A stretch of 64,000 bases of DNA, taken from NCBI GenBank assembly GCA_007376395.1, contig VMGE01000007.1, positions 8,037-72,036 on the forward strand, in the 5' to 3' direction. Both the position numbers and the translations under genes were made by a program. Under the pieces are notes generated by a model. It was not told the origin of the DNA, searched no databases, and was given only the letters and a program-made list of their open reading frames with translations. This document shows positions 17,179 through 26,363 of the stretch, piece after piece. The stretch comes from Microgenomates group bacterium Gr01-1014_5. GTDB taxonomy: Bacteria; Patescibacteriota; Microgenomatia; UBA8517; UBA10165. Within the stretch, counting starts at the first letter, position 1. Every line of letters begins with the position of its first letter.

Positions 17179-18477
17179 TTAGTGTGGTTGGACTAAAAAT
17201 CCGGTAAGATCGCGCCTGCCAATGATTACTTTCTTTTTTAAATGGCCGCGGAAAGAGACGCCTGCGGCAGTACTTATCTTCTTCCCACCGAGCCAAAATG
17301 TCAAGCCAATAATTGGTCGCCTCTCCTCGCCCAAGGGATTTCTAACTTTTCTTGTCCCTAAAATATTAGACTCTTTTAACAATCCTAATTTTTCAGCAAG
17401 TGTCCAGTCGACAGATGTGCGCCAAGCGCCGCTATCCACTTTTGCCTGAACCTCAATTTTTTGTCCTTGATCGCCTAATATTTTTATCATTTCAAAAATA
17501 TTGACTGTTTTTCCTCCTTCTGCTTCAGCGCGGACGCGGGCGGCAAAGGAAGAGGCAAAAAGCGCTTTGGCAATTTGCACACCTTGCTGTGCGCTCTCCA
17601 CCCGCAAACCTTCAACCCGGTCAAGTCTGCGGCGCAGACCCGCAATGTTAGCAAGCTGAATTTCTAACCCGGGTTCGGCATTAACTTCAAGCACCATAGG
17701 TCCTTTTTCCGGGTGTAAAACAACATCTACGCCCAAATAACCTAAACCAATAGGTTCTGAGCACGTAGTGGCTATTTCCAATATCCTATTCCATTGCGGA
17801 ATTTTAATGCCATGTAATTTTCTTTTTGAACCAGGTTTAAAACGGATTAAGTTTCCGTGCCACACCGCGTGGGTTGTGACGCCCGTTGCAATATCTACCC
17901 CGACTCCAATGGCTCCTTGATGGATATTTGCACGCCCTCCTGACTCTCGTGTGGGAAGTCTTAACATCGCCATTATTGGCACTTTGTTATAAACAATGAC
18001 ACGGATATCAGGTGTTCCACGATATGCATACCTACGAAAAGCTTTATTCCGGCCGACAAATTCTTCAATAAAAGCATTGTCCGGTACGTTGCCGGCAGAA
18101 TATGCGCCTTCTAAAATATCCAAGCCGTGCAGTTTTAAATCCTCTATCCCCACCCTCGTTCTTTGCGTCGTAATCCACTCTACTTGTCCTGAAGAGCTAT
18201 GCCGCGCTTTTTTCCTTACTACCACTATTCCTTCTCCTCCTAAACCCTTACTGGGCTTAAAAGCAAAACGCTCGGGAAGTTTAGTCCAGTCAAAATTATA
18301 GATATCTTCCTGGGTTGTAAACTTGGCGTAGATTTCCGGAATGGGAATTTCTGCCTTCCGCAAAATTTTTTTAGTTAGCAGTTTTGAGCCAGCGATCTTT
18401 CTTCCGCGACGCGAATTTGAAGGATAAGAATAAAGCTGAAAACGAGCGTTAAGACCAAGGATTGAAGACAAGCGCAT
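17179..18477 (-). CDS. ATP-grasp (alpha-L-glutamate-ligase-related) domain fused to a C-terminal retropepsin-like (DSGA) aspartic protease-like domain
   Basis: N-terminal ATP-grasp motifs (KPSKGLGGEGIVVV, LEVNAEPGLEIQ). The C-terminal ~120 aa contain KVDSGAW, the D-S-G-A active-site signature of retropepsin-fold 'putative ATP-dependent zinc protease' domains. Confidence 0.7.
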   Translation of the reverse strand: MRLSSILGLNARFQLYSYPSNSRRGRKIAGSKLLTKKILRKAEIPIPEIYAKFTTQEDIYNFDWTKLPERFAFKPSKGLGGEGIVVVRKKARHSSSGQVEWITTQRTRVGIEDLKLHGLDILEGAYSAGNVPDNAFIEEFVGRNKAFRRYAYRGTPDIRVIVYNKVPIMAMLRLPTRESGGRANIHQGAIGVGVDIATGVTTHAVWHGNLIRFKPGSKRKLHGIKIPQWNRILEIATTCSEPIGLGYLGVDVVLHPEKGPMVLEVNAEPGLEIQLANIAGLRRRLDRVEGLRVESAQQGVQIAKALFASSFAARVRAEAEGGKTVNIFEMIKILGDQGQKIEVQAKVDSGAWRTSVDWTLAEKLGLLKESNILGTRKVRNPLGEERRPIIGLTFWLGGKKISTAAGVSFRGHLKKKVIIGRRDLTGFLVQPH

Positions 18478-18486
18478 ATAGTTAAA

Positions 18487-19218
18487 TTAATTTCTAATTA
18501 GTTTTCTAAATCTCCAAATCTCCAAAAGCCTGAGGCCAGAGTATGTTCCCAAGAAAAGATCCAGACCAAGCACTATAAGCAGATATATTTCTGGGTTTAG
18601 GAGGGCAAATTCCTGCAAGGCGCTTAAACTTAAGAAAACAAAAGAAAATAAAGCTAATATTAAAGTTTCTACAGTTAAGGAAGCGGCAATCCGGATGCTT
18701 TTTCCCAATTGCGCGCGGGTAAAATCTTCTGCCAATAAAACCAAAATCAACACCGGAAAAATAGAAACTTCAGCCAACTCCCGTCTGCCAAAAAATTGCG
18801 GGCCGACAAAAAGAATTGCCAAAACCGCTAAAACAACAACGAGTAAAATAAGTGCCATACGGGGTAGATATTGCAGCTTTACACGCAGCCGGCGCAATAA
18901 CATCCGGGAGAAAGTTGAAACGGAAACTATCACTAAAAATAAACCGATTCCGACAACCGGACCGGTCGCAACAAAGACCGCTGACAGCGCCGCGGGTAAA
19001 AAGATTCCAAATCCGCGCAAGCCGATTAAATGGCGCGATGCGGCAATGACAGCCGCAACCAAGGGTAGTAGCAAAAGAAGAACGATATTATCAATCGGTA
19101 CGCCTTGTGTTAGTGCGTTGCGGATAGCGTAACCAATTGGATGCAGCCAGGCAGAACCCAGGTCTTGCTGTCTGACTAAGTCCAACAAAGTACTTGCTTC
19201 GAAATTTGTACTAAACAT
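18487..19218 (-). CDS. polytopic integral membrane protein (7TM-like) heading the ATP-grasp cluster
   Basis: 243 aa with about 6-7 hydrophobic helices. First gene of the co-directional cluster, separated from the next gene by 9 nt. Confidence 0.6.
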   Translation of the reverse strand: MFSTNFEASTLLDLVRQQDLGSAWLHPIGYAIRNALTQGVPIDNIVLLLLLPLVAAVIAASRHLIGLRGFGIFLPAALSAVFVATGPVVGIGLFLVIVSVSTFSRMLLRRLRVKLQYLPRMALILLVVVLAVLAILFVGPQFFGRRELAEVSIFPVLILVLLAEDFTRAQLGKSIRIAASLTVETLILALFSFVFLSLSALQEFALLNPEIYLLIVLGLDLFLGTYSGLRLLEIWRFRKLIRN

Positions 19219-19251
19219 TCCACAAGTATACCAGGCTCAGAGGCTTAAATT

Positions 19252-19300
19252 CCAGATTGCCGGATAATCAGATTTCAGATTGCCAGATCGTCAGATTATC
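19252..19300. repeat. CAGAT-rich repeat, part 1 (similar to 35001-35040)
   Basis: ccagattgccgg...tttcagattgccagatcgtcagat matches ccagattaccgg...tttcagattaccagatttgtcagat in argS. Confidence 0.6.
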
Positions 19301-19474
19301 TCTTCTTAAAAGCGTACTCTTTCCAAGTTGTTCTTAAACGATTTAATTGCTTGGAAAGTTCTTTATACGACACAATCAAGTTTTCGCATTTATCTTTCGG
19401 TATACGAGGGAACCGTTTACAAAGAACTGTAACCTTCTTGAGATGAACGCAAGTCTCATCGCTTTCAACCATAG

Positions 19475-19684
19475 CTATTTCGTAATTCTGGCAGCATCTC
19501 GTGGATTTCTTTGCCTTGAAAAGCCTTCACTAATAAGCGGTGCGATTGCTTCTCCAGATTTTATTAGCTGAGTTCTTAAATTTAAATGTGGAACTAAATA
19601 TGCTATCTCATATAAGGGGTCTAGAAGGTCTATAGAAACTTTATAAACTCTCAGATCAGAAGCTCGTTTAATAGAAGTAGACAC
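19475..19684 (-). pseudogene. fragment of a four-helix-bundle (Avd / 23S-rRNA-IVS-protein family) gene
   Basis: LRTQLIKSGEAIAPLISEGFSRQ resembles the conserved core (SQL.RAA.SI..NIAEG..R) of the four-helix-bundle family; only 69 aa. Confidence 0.3.
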
Positions 19685-19696
19685 CAGTCTATCTTA

Positions 19697-19735
19697 TCAG
19701 ATCTGAGAGTCTGGTCATCTGATATCTGGTAATCC
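19697..19735. repeat. CAGAT-rich repeat, part 2 (39 bp; 2 mismatches to 35033-35071)
   Basis: tcagatctgagagtctggTcatctgatatctggtAatc against tcagatctgagagtctggCcatctgatatctggtCatc. Confidence 0.75.
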
Positions 19736-19748
19736 GACTGTCTGAAAC

Positions 19749-19964
19749 TTATTCTCCATCTGGCTGGATGCCAAGAAGCCAAAGTACTGCGGTTTTTTTG
19801 TAACGCCTGTCTCCACGCGAATTAATTCTAATCGGAGTTAGTTTTCCGCGCTTTCCCCAGCGCTTTATAGTTAAAGGAGAAACCCTCAAAATTTCGGCGA
19901 CTTCACGGACAGTGAGAAGGTCTGGGAGGTCATTTATTTTTAGTGCTTTTTTACCCTGAATCAT
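19749..19964 (-). CDS. excisionase/AlpA-family helix-turn-helix DNA-binding protein
   Basis: LLTVREVAEILRVSPLTIKRWGKRGKLTPIRI..RGDRRYKK: the Xis-family HTH_17 pattern. Confidence 0.6.
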   Translation of the reverse strand: MIQGKKALKINDLPDLLTVREVAEILRVSPLTIKRWGKRGKLTPIRINSRGDRRYKKTAVLWLLGIQPDGE

Positions 19965-20047
19965 GTGAGCAAGCCAGAAGAACTTACTGATACTGACTGT
20001 ATCAGACTACAACTTTTTGTCAAGCACCAATTTTCTCATTCATATGA

Positions 20048-20584
20048 TTAATTTATTTTGTATGTTCTGGCGTTTGGTTGCGGATTTGTTCCGCCTTTTC
20101 CAGAAACATACGCTTTACTCTCCGGATCAAACGAAATCTCGGTCTCTCCCTTCCTCAGCACTTGAAACTCAAGCCGTATTACTGACAACTCGGAATTCTC
20201 AGACTGTTCGACGGTTGGATTGGCGGTCAAAGAAAATCTTCCGGATTCTTGATTCCAGAGGACTCTCACCGGCTGGCTAAAAAACGGACCTTCTGTGGCT
20301 GAAACTAACTTCAGAGCTGTCGGATCATATTTCAAACGTATGTCTGCCGCGTTAACCTGACCCGCGTCGCGCCCGCGGAAATATACGCCAACCGACAAGG
20401 TCTTTCCTGCTTGGGCTTCCCCGTTGTCAGGCGTGAGAGCCAAGGCCACTTCGGGCAATCTATTTTGCCCGACCACTAAAAAGAGGGTAACGCAAAAAAT
20501 TAACACAGAAACAGAAAGAATCGCGATACTCCAGACATGATAAAAGGTATAACGCATAACTTCCCTATTTAAATATATACGCAA
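20048..20584 (-). CDS. membrane-anchored protein with cohesin-like domain
   Basis: N-terminal TM. TLSVGVYFRGRDAGQVNAADIRLKYDPTALKLVSATEG resembles a cohesin beta-sandwich segment. Adjacent to a dockerin-bearing gene. Confidence 0.4.
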   Translation of the reverse strand: MRIYLNREVMRYTFYHVWSIAILSVSVLIFCVTLFLVVGQNRLPEVALALTPDNGEAQAGKTLSVGVYFRGRDAGQVNAADIRLKYDPTALKLVSATEGPFFSQPVRVLWNQESGRFSLTANPTVEQSENSELSVIRLEFQVLRKGETEISFDPESKAYVSGKGGTNPQPNARTYKIN

Positions 20585-20604
20585 ACGCGATTAAATTCCA
20601 ATGC

Positions 20605-22044
20605 TCAACATCCATTGCGGCAAAGGTAATATCCAACGAATAAATTGTAATCAAAAATATCAACATCGTTATCTTTGTCTATATCGGCAGGGGTGACGCC
20701 AGATGGCTTCCGTTTACCAAAATGCGAAACGAGAACATTATAGTCAAAGATATCTAAATCACCATCAGCGTCCAAATCACCAGAGATAGAAACCGGCCAA
20801 GGTGTAGGTTGGGGCGAGGTAACAGGCGTAGGGCTTGGGGACGGGTTTGTTACAGGGGGTGGTTTTTTTGTCGGACTTGGCGAAGCTGTTGGTTGGGAAG
20901 TTAAGAAAAAACTTTTATTAGAACCCATAACCGCGTCAAAATCTCCATGCACGTCCCACCAATTCCTTAACTTTCTACCCTGATAATATTTCGTGTTTTG
21001 CCTACCCGGCATATTTTGCAGAACCCAAATTTGCGCGTTTAAGTGCGCATTATCGGCGTCTCCTGTCCCATCACAACCCCAGTTAGCACAACTAATTTGG
21101 CTCAACTGCCCAAGCCCGTCCGGATCCCAGTCCAAACAGTCAGACGTGTTTGGAGTTTTGTTGTCACGGTCGTATTCACTCCGTGCGTTGGGCGGATTGT
21201 GCACCGACCCGCACCTGCCCGGCACTTCCTGAGTTAAAGGATAATATGGCCCTTGAAATTTACCTCTAAACAAATCCCGGTCAATTTCGTCCATTTCCGC
21301 TTCCAGCTGGTGCCCCCAGGACTCTATCGCCTCAGCAGTTCCCCTACCATAATTAAGGGTATACACACGGTAGGTTTTGCTGCAAACAGGCATATCGTTA
21401 AAACGCCAGCTGTTGCTTATATCCCCGAACGGGCCAGACATCTTTGATTCGTTTATTCCTAAATAAGGCTGGCCGGTCTCCGGTATGTTTGGACCCTGAT
21501 ATGCCCAGAGCCATACCTCACGGACATTTTTATTGTCGACATAATCACAAATATTATTGTCAGACATAATCTTATTATAATCGGGGTAAGTAACTCTTTC
21601 TCCTCTGGTTTTTATGGGAACTTTTTGGGTATATTCTTTAGTGTCTACAATCGTATAGCGCAAAGAGGAGGGAGCAGAGGGATTTTTGTACCCCAGGTAA
21701 CGGGTAGATTTTTCCAAAGAATCTTTTAGATTGCGGGTTATGTCAATGGTTTTTTGACGGATAATGTCATAGGGTTCTCCAACGTCGCCCGTCACTAATA
21801 TATCGATACTCAACCCGTTTGAAGTCAGAGGGAAATATTTAACGACTAAAACTCCCAAGTCATAGGAAGTGTCTGTTGGATCAATATCTGAGGCTTCAGG
21901 AATTACATTTTGCTCACTTTTAAGAAGAGTTAGTGAGGCAAACACCCCGACAATTAATAAGGCAACTGCCGTTAAACCAAAAAGATTGTAGGGAAGTTTA
22001 GGTATTTTCAACATTTCAGGGTGTAGATATATTATAGTATACAT
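20605..22044 (-). CDS. secreted protein with Pro/Thr-rich linker and C-terminal dockerin repeats
   Basis: Signal/anchor at the N-terminus. C-terminus DLDADGDLDIFDYNVL and DIDKDNDVDIFDYNLF each have Asp at positions 1, 3, 5, 9 and 12 (calcium-binding dockerin consensus). Confidence 0.55.
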   Translation of the reverse strand: MYTIIYLHPEMLKIPKLPYNLFGLTAVALLIVGVFASLTLLKSEQNVIPEASDIDPTDTSYDLGVLVVKYFPLTSNGLSIDILVTGDVGEPYDIIRQKTIDITRNLKDSLEKSTRYLGYKNPSAPSSLRYTIVDTKEYTQKVPIKTRGERVTYPDYNKIMSDNNICDYVDNKNVREVWLWAYQGPNIPETGQPYLGINESKMSGPFGDISNSWRFNDMPVCSKTYRVYTLNYGRGTAEAIESWGHQLEAEMDEIDRDLFRGKFQGPYYPLTQEVPGRCGSVHNPPNARSEYDRDNKTPNTSDCLDWDPDGLGQLSQISCANWGCDGTGDADNAHLNAQIWVLQNMPGRQNTKYYQGRKLRNWWDVHGDFDAVMGSNKSFFLTSQPTASPSPTKKPPPVTNPSPSPTPVTSPQPTPWPVSISGDLDADGDLDIFDYNVLVSHFGKRKPSGVTPADIDKDNDVDIFDYNLFVGYYLCRNGC

Positions 22045-23646
22045 ATGCCCTCTTTAAGCGAATTAGCAACGAGGCGCAAGATATTAAAATATATAGGCAT
22101 TACGGCGGCGGTCGCTGCAATTCCCGCGGCCTTTGTACTTGGTCGGTCATCAGCTCCTCCCCCAGCTCCAGAAACTCCCAAACCTCTACCCGAAACACCA
22201 AAACCAGCGGAATCCACGCCGCCAGATGCAGTTTCTCAACCCAAACCAACTGCTAGACCAACAGCCTTCATCCCAGAACTCGCCATACCAACTCGTCCAC
22301 TTCCACCAACCCCGAAACCAACAGAAAAACCGCGCCCCACCGAACTTCCAAGCGGGAAAATTTGGGAAGTACCGCTGAGAGAAAACTTACGTCCTGATGG
22401 CGCTTTTACTATAGTTCAGAACAGATTATTTGCCGTAAATCCTGCAGGTACGCCGGTTGAATTAAATTTAAATACTGGGAAACCTGAATGGGAATGGGAA
22501 CGGAGAGGTATCATCTGCGGTAGAGGAAACGGCCTTGTCTATTTCCTAAACCTCGAATCGTTTAGAGTATATGCCGTAAATGCAGACACCAAGCAAGAAA
22601 AATGGAAGTATGCTCTCCCCAACACGCTTTTTGGCGGCAGTGCGCCAGGAGAAACTTCTGCTGCTATGGTTGGTTTGCACTTTTGGACAGCGGGTGAGTA
22701 TATTGCCTTTGAATCCACCGAAGGAATTGCAGTCGTCAATAATAGCGGAGAAACGAAGGTAATCACAAACAGGGGAGGGAAATTTTTACTTTTAACCGAA
22801 AACAAACTACTCTACAACAAGTGGGCAAACTACCAAAGTAGAATTATACGAGCAGAAAAACCAGTCGGAGACGACCTGGAAACCTGGGAAATTGAAAACG
22901 GTCCACAAGTTTCTGACCGAGAGATTGTTATCCACCAAGAAATAAACAGAAACTCCTTCTACGGAGCGTCCCAAATCTATGCCAGAGAGACAAAAACGGG
23001 TAAAATTGTCTGGAATCAAGAATTCCTTTCAAGTACGGTTCCTGTGTTCCTTTCGTCAGAAATTGTAATCTTAGAAGATCCAGATTGGAAGTCAAACCAG
23101 CAACTCTTCTATTATCTTTACTCTCGCAAAGACTGGAAAAAAATTGACGAGCTTCCCAAACAACCAGCAACACCTCTTAAATTTTTTTCTAAAGACAATT
23201 GGACTTTTGCTTCTCATCCGAGAAACGGGACAATGGCATTTTTAGACGGTAAATATGTTTGGCAGAACGAAGATACTCTTTCAGCGACGCATTGTCTGGG
23301 AGAAATAAACGGTACGCTAATACTCGCCCGAGAGAATATCCGTGGACAATCTTCAAACCCCGAGGGCGCAGTTTGGTGTGTAGATATTAAGACCGGGAAA
23401 AAATTTGCCTGGCCACCTGTTTATTTTGACCCTTTTATGACTGACCCTCTGCGCCTTGGCGACAAACTTATTGTCTCACATGGGGTAGGAGGCAAAAGGT
23501 TCGAGCTAGATGTACTTAACTTAATTACTGGTAAAAAAAGCAACCTTCTGTCTCCCAATCTTTCTGTTCAACGACTCTTAAACTCAGGCGTCGACAACAT
23601 CATTGTAGGGCTATATTCTTCTAAATTAGTTGCTTTGAGAGTTTAA
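22045..23646 (+). CDS. secreted PQQ-like beta-propeller repeat protein with Tat-type signal (RRKIL + hydrophobic) and Pro-rich linker
   Basis: Repeated ...TG/TK..W.. motifs (ADTKQEKWKY, ETKTGKIVWNQ, DIKTGKKFAW). Confidence 0.5.
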   Translation: MPSLSELATRRKILKYIGITAAVAAIPAAFVLGRSSAPPPAPETPKPLPETPKPAESTPPDAVSQPKPTARPTAFIPELAIPTRPLPPTPKPTEKPRPTELPSGKIWEVPLRENLRPDGAFTIVQNRLFAVNPAGTPVELNLNTGKPEWEWERRGIICGRGNGLVYFLNLESFRVYAVNADTKQEKWKYALPNTLFGGSAPGETSAAMVGLHFWTAGEYIAFESTEGIAVVNNSGETKVITNRGGKFLLLTENKLLYNKWANYQSRIIRAEKPVGDDLETWEIENGPQVSDREIVIHQEINRNSFYGASQIYARETKTGKIVWNQEFLSSTVPVFLSSEIVILEDPDWKSNQQLFYYLYSRKDWKKIDELPKQPATPLKFFSKDNWTFASHPRNGTMAFLDGKYVWQNEDTLSATHCLGEINGTLILARENIRGQSSNPEGAVWCVDIKTGKKFAWPPVYFDPFMTDPLRLGDKLIVSHGVGGKRFELDVLNLITGKKSNLLSPNLSVQRLLNSGVDNIIVGLYSSKLVALRV

Positions 23647-23695
23647 ATAATTATGGAAAAAGATAGTAGAAATGAAAAATATTTAAGTAAATAAA

Positions 23696-23983
23696 ATGAC
23701 AGATTCAACTTTTGACAAAATAATGAAAAGTTTATGCCTTGTGTTGCTCAGTTGGATCTTGGGACTTCCAATTTTTTTGATTTTTCTTGAAATTGATAAT
23801 ATGGCGCCAATCGGAATATTGGGAATAGTAATTATTTTTATTTTTGTTGGCCGAGTCGGGTATTACTGGATCAACGATTCTAAAAAGGGAAAAATCTTTT
23901 ATGCAGTTTTACCTGCAATACTTAGCTTCTTATTGCTTCTGGTCTTCTTTATCATCACTCTTGGAGGATGGACTGTCGGGTAG
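23696..23983 (+). CDS. hypothetical small membrane protein (3 TM)
   Basis: 95 aa, strongly hydrophobic. Confidence 0.35.
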   Translation: MTDSTFDKIMKSLCLVLLSWILGLPIFLIFLEIDNMAPIGILGIVIIFIFVGRVGYYWINDSKKGKIFYAVLPAILSFLLLLVFFIITLGGWTVG

Positions 23984-26363
23984 CTCTAAGTTCGTCCAAC
24001 TGCCTACCAATTACTGCTCTCAAAATTGCTCGTCCAATTTCTGATTTAAAGAAGCGGTCATGTCCAAACCCCTCTATTGCTCCCAAAAATCTCCCAATAT
24101 TTATTGCCCCCGGAATTTCCTGACTAAGCATATCTTCTAATCTTGACGGGTTTGTTAAAAAGAGAATTTCGACCAGCTCTTCTGGCATTAAACAAATGTT
24201 TAATGAAATTACACAGTCTTGGTAATTTATCAAAGCATAAACTCCAATCCCCTGTGCTTTCATCCAGGAAACAATCTCGTTAATTTCCTGTTTCCTTGCT
24301 ACTCGATTTTTACCGTAATTAATTAAGTTTTTACCTGCATCAAAATTCAGAAGTGAGGGTTGGGGCATACTGTCCCAGATAATTTTACATGCGTCCGAGC
24401 TCGCATCCCGAAACACGCGATTATAAATATCAATAACACTTTCCCCAACACCTTGAGCCGGCGCGTCAACAAAGATAAACTTTATTCCTTGTAAATTAAT
24501 ATTTAACTTTTTATCTCTTATCTTTTGCATCGCCGTAAGCCAAGGTATTGCACCTTCTGAGTGTGTGACAACTACTATTTCCCTATCTGAGTCTGCCTCG
24601 CGTAGGGCGATGATCGACTCTACAAATCTATCAGCTCTCCATTCAGGGGAAGACAAACTGTCATCACAGCTAGAAGTTCTAGAAAGCCACCTCCCTGTTT
24701 TTTCGTCCCAATAAATTCCCCTAGGACTAAAACGCATAAAGTCGGTTCTCTCAAAACCGTCTTCTTGTATTAGTTCCGTTTGTAGCTCGTCTGTCAGGCC
24801 GCTTGTTTCCAAACTTACGCCCTCCCCAACAATTTCAGTTGTCAGCCCCGGAGAAAAACCAACTAGTTTTCTTTTAGGGACAAAAACTTTTGGCTGGACT
24901 GTAAGTTCATAAATGGCAAAATCTCTTTCAAAAAGGCGGTGGGTTGGTATGTGCTCTTTGGGCTGTTGGGCAATTACTGTAGCAAAACCACCGTCTGAAA
25001 TAGAGGTAATAATCCAATTTCCGTCCGGAGTAATCGAAACTCCTCGCCAGGTATTAATTAACAAACTTTCAACTTTACCTGAGGAAACCTCGGTCCTAAA
25101 TAATAGAGGGTAAGCTTCATCTTCTGCGCCCGAAGTGTAAAGCCATCTTCCGTCAGGCGACCAAAACAAAGGCCCTCCGTGAATTAACCTTGGTAATTTC
25201 TCAGGATTGAAATTTTTCAGTTGGTCACGAGGATAAATTACAGTACCTGAAGGCCCGTGTCGACCAGAAATATATGTTCCAATAGCGATTTGTTTTCCGT
25301 CAGGACTTGGTGTAGGGCAACTTTCGGCACTACTAACCTTGTCTGACGTTATTTGCTCAACTCTTTTGGTTCTTAAGTCGACTGAATAAACATTTTCGAA
25401 AGATTCTACAAAATTCTTACCTGCTTCTATTCGGTGAAATTTTACAGTGTTATCAACATCGGACGAGGGACAAAGATCCAAGCCCTGATCTCCCCCGAGA
25501 CTGGTTAAATATTCTTCTTTCCCTGTATGTATATTTAGCTTGACGATACCTCTTTTGGAATCTTTAACACTCTTCGACTTAGGTCCTAAATCAGCATAAA
25601 CTACTTCTTCGTTATTTATAAACTTTACATCCTGCTTTGACCTATCATCATTCGTTAATCGTTTTTCCTCTGAGCCGTCTAAGTTGGCAACATAGATATC
25701 TCCCTGCTCGCCCTTTGCACCGATATAAACAACTTTTGTCTTTGCAAATGATGTCGGGTATTCAGATTCTGTGAAGTAATTTTTACATGGCTTCAGCCCG
25801 GCGAGAGTTTGCGGCAAATCCTTTTTAGGGATTTCTTCTACTCTTGTAGGCATAAACGCTATAAATCGAGGATTAAAGTGGAAAATTACACCTGAATATC
25901 CACTGAGTTCAGAAAACCCAAGCGCGGATAAATTTTTAAAAACAACTCTTAACTCCATCCCTAATGTATAGCCCACACATTCCGGTGCCGTTTTAGAAAA
26001 CGAAGTCTTTAAAAGTTCAATCATTTGACTTTCGTTTTTGAATGGGCTTGAGGAGACTCCTTGTACTTTCCAATGAAATCTGGCGTCGATCCCTTGTATG
26101 CCTATACGCCTAGCAATTTCTGCTATATCCCTACCTTCGATGATTTTTTGATATTTAGCAGCGGCCCTTGCTGCGGCGGGAGATAAATCGTTTAATACTT
26201 GCTCTCGCGCAAGATATAGCTCCGTAGCGGATGCAGTTTGTAAATTTCGGCCAAAATTTCTGGGGCTCTCAAATGCCCCAGGATGTCCGGCAAGAAGAAC
26301 ACCCGCAGTAACACCTCGGACAACATTAGAAACTCGTCTCCAATGCTCGGCAGTTAAAGACAT
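23955..26363 (-). CDS. 802-aa multidomain protein with TolB-like beta-propeller repeats and a possible alpha/beta-hydrolase segment
   Basis: PSPDGKQIAIG, WSPDGRWLYTS and ITPDGNWIITS repeats. THSEG is a lipase-like nucleophile-elbow candidate. Confidence 0.5.
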   Translation of the reverse strand: MSLTAEHWRRVSNVVRGVTAGVLLAGHPGAFESPRNFGRNLQTASATELYLAREQVLNDLSPAAARAAAKYQKIIEGRDIAEIARRIGIQGIDARFHWKVQGVSSSPFKNESQMIELLKTSFSKTAPECVGYTLGMELRVVFKNLSALGFSELSGYSGVIFHFNPRFIAFMPTRVEEIPKKDLPQTLAGLKPCKNYFTESEYPTSFAKTKVVYIGAKGEQGDIYVANLDGSEEKRLTNDDRSKQDVKFINNEEVVYADLGPKSKSVKDSKRGIVKLNIHTGKEEYLTSLGGDQGLDLCPSSDVDNTVKFHRIEAGKNFVESFENVYSVDLRTKRVEQITSDKVSSAESCPTPSPDGKQIAIGTYISGRHGPSGTVIYPRDQLKNFNPEKLPRLIHGGPLFWSPDGRWLYTSGAEDEAYPLLFRTEVSSGKVESLLINTWRGVSITPDGNWIITSISDGGFATVIAQQPKEHIPTHRLFERDFAIYELTVQPKVFVPKRKLVGFSPGLTTEIVGEGVSLETSGLTDELQTELIQEDGFERTDFMRFSPRGIYWDEKTGRWLSRTSSCDDSLSSPEWRADRFVESIIALREADSDREIVVVTHSEGAIPWLTAMQKIRDKKLNINLQGIKFIFVDAPAQGVGESVIDIYNRVFRDASSDACKIIWDSMPQPSLLNFDAGKNLINYGKNRVARKQEINEIVSWMKAQGIGVYALINYQDCVISLNICLMPEELVEILFLTNPSRLEDMLSQEIPGAINIGRFLGAIEGFGHDRFFKSEIGRAILRAVIGRQLDELRATRQSILQE

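Noticed and set aside
19347-19571. 74-aa +strand ORF in the 19.3-19.6 kb intergenic region
   Set aside because: It overlaps the more plausible four-helix-bundle gene fragment on the minus strand and has no start context or protein-like composition.
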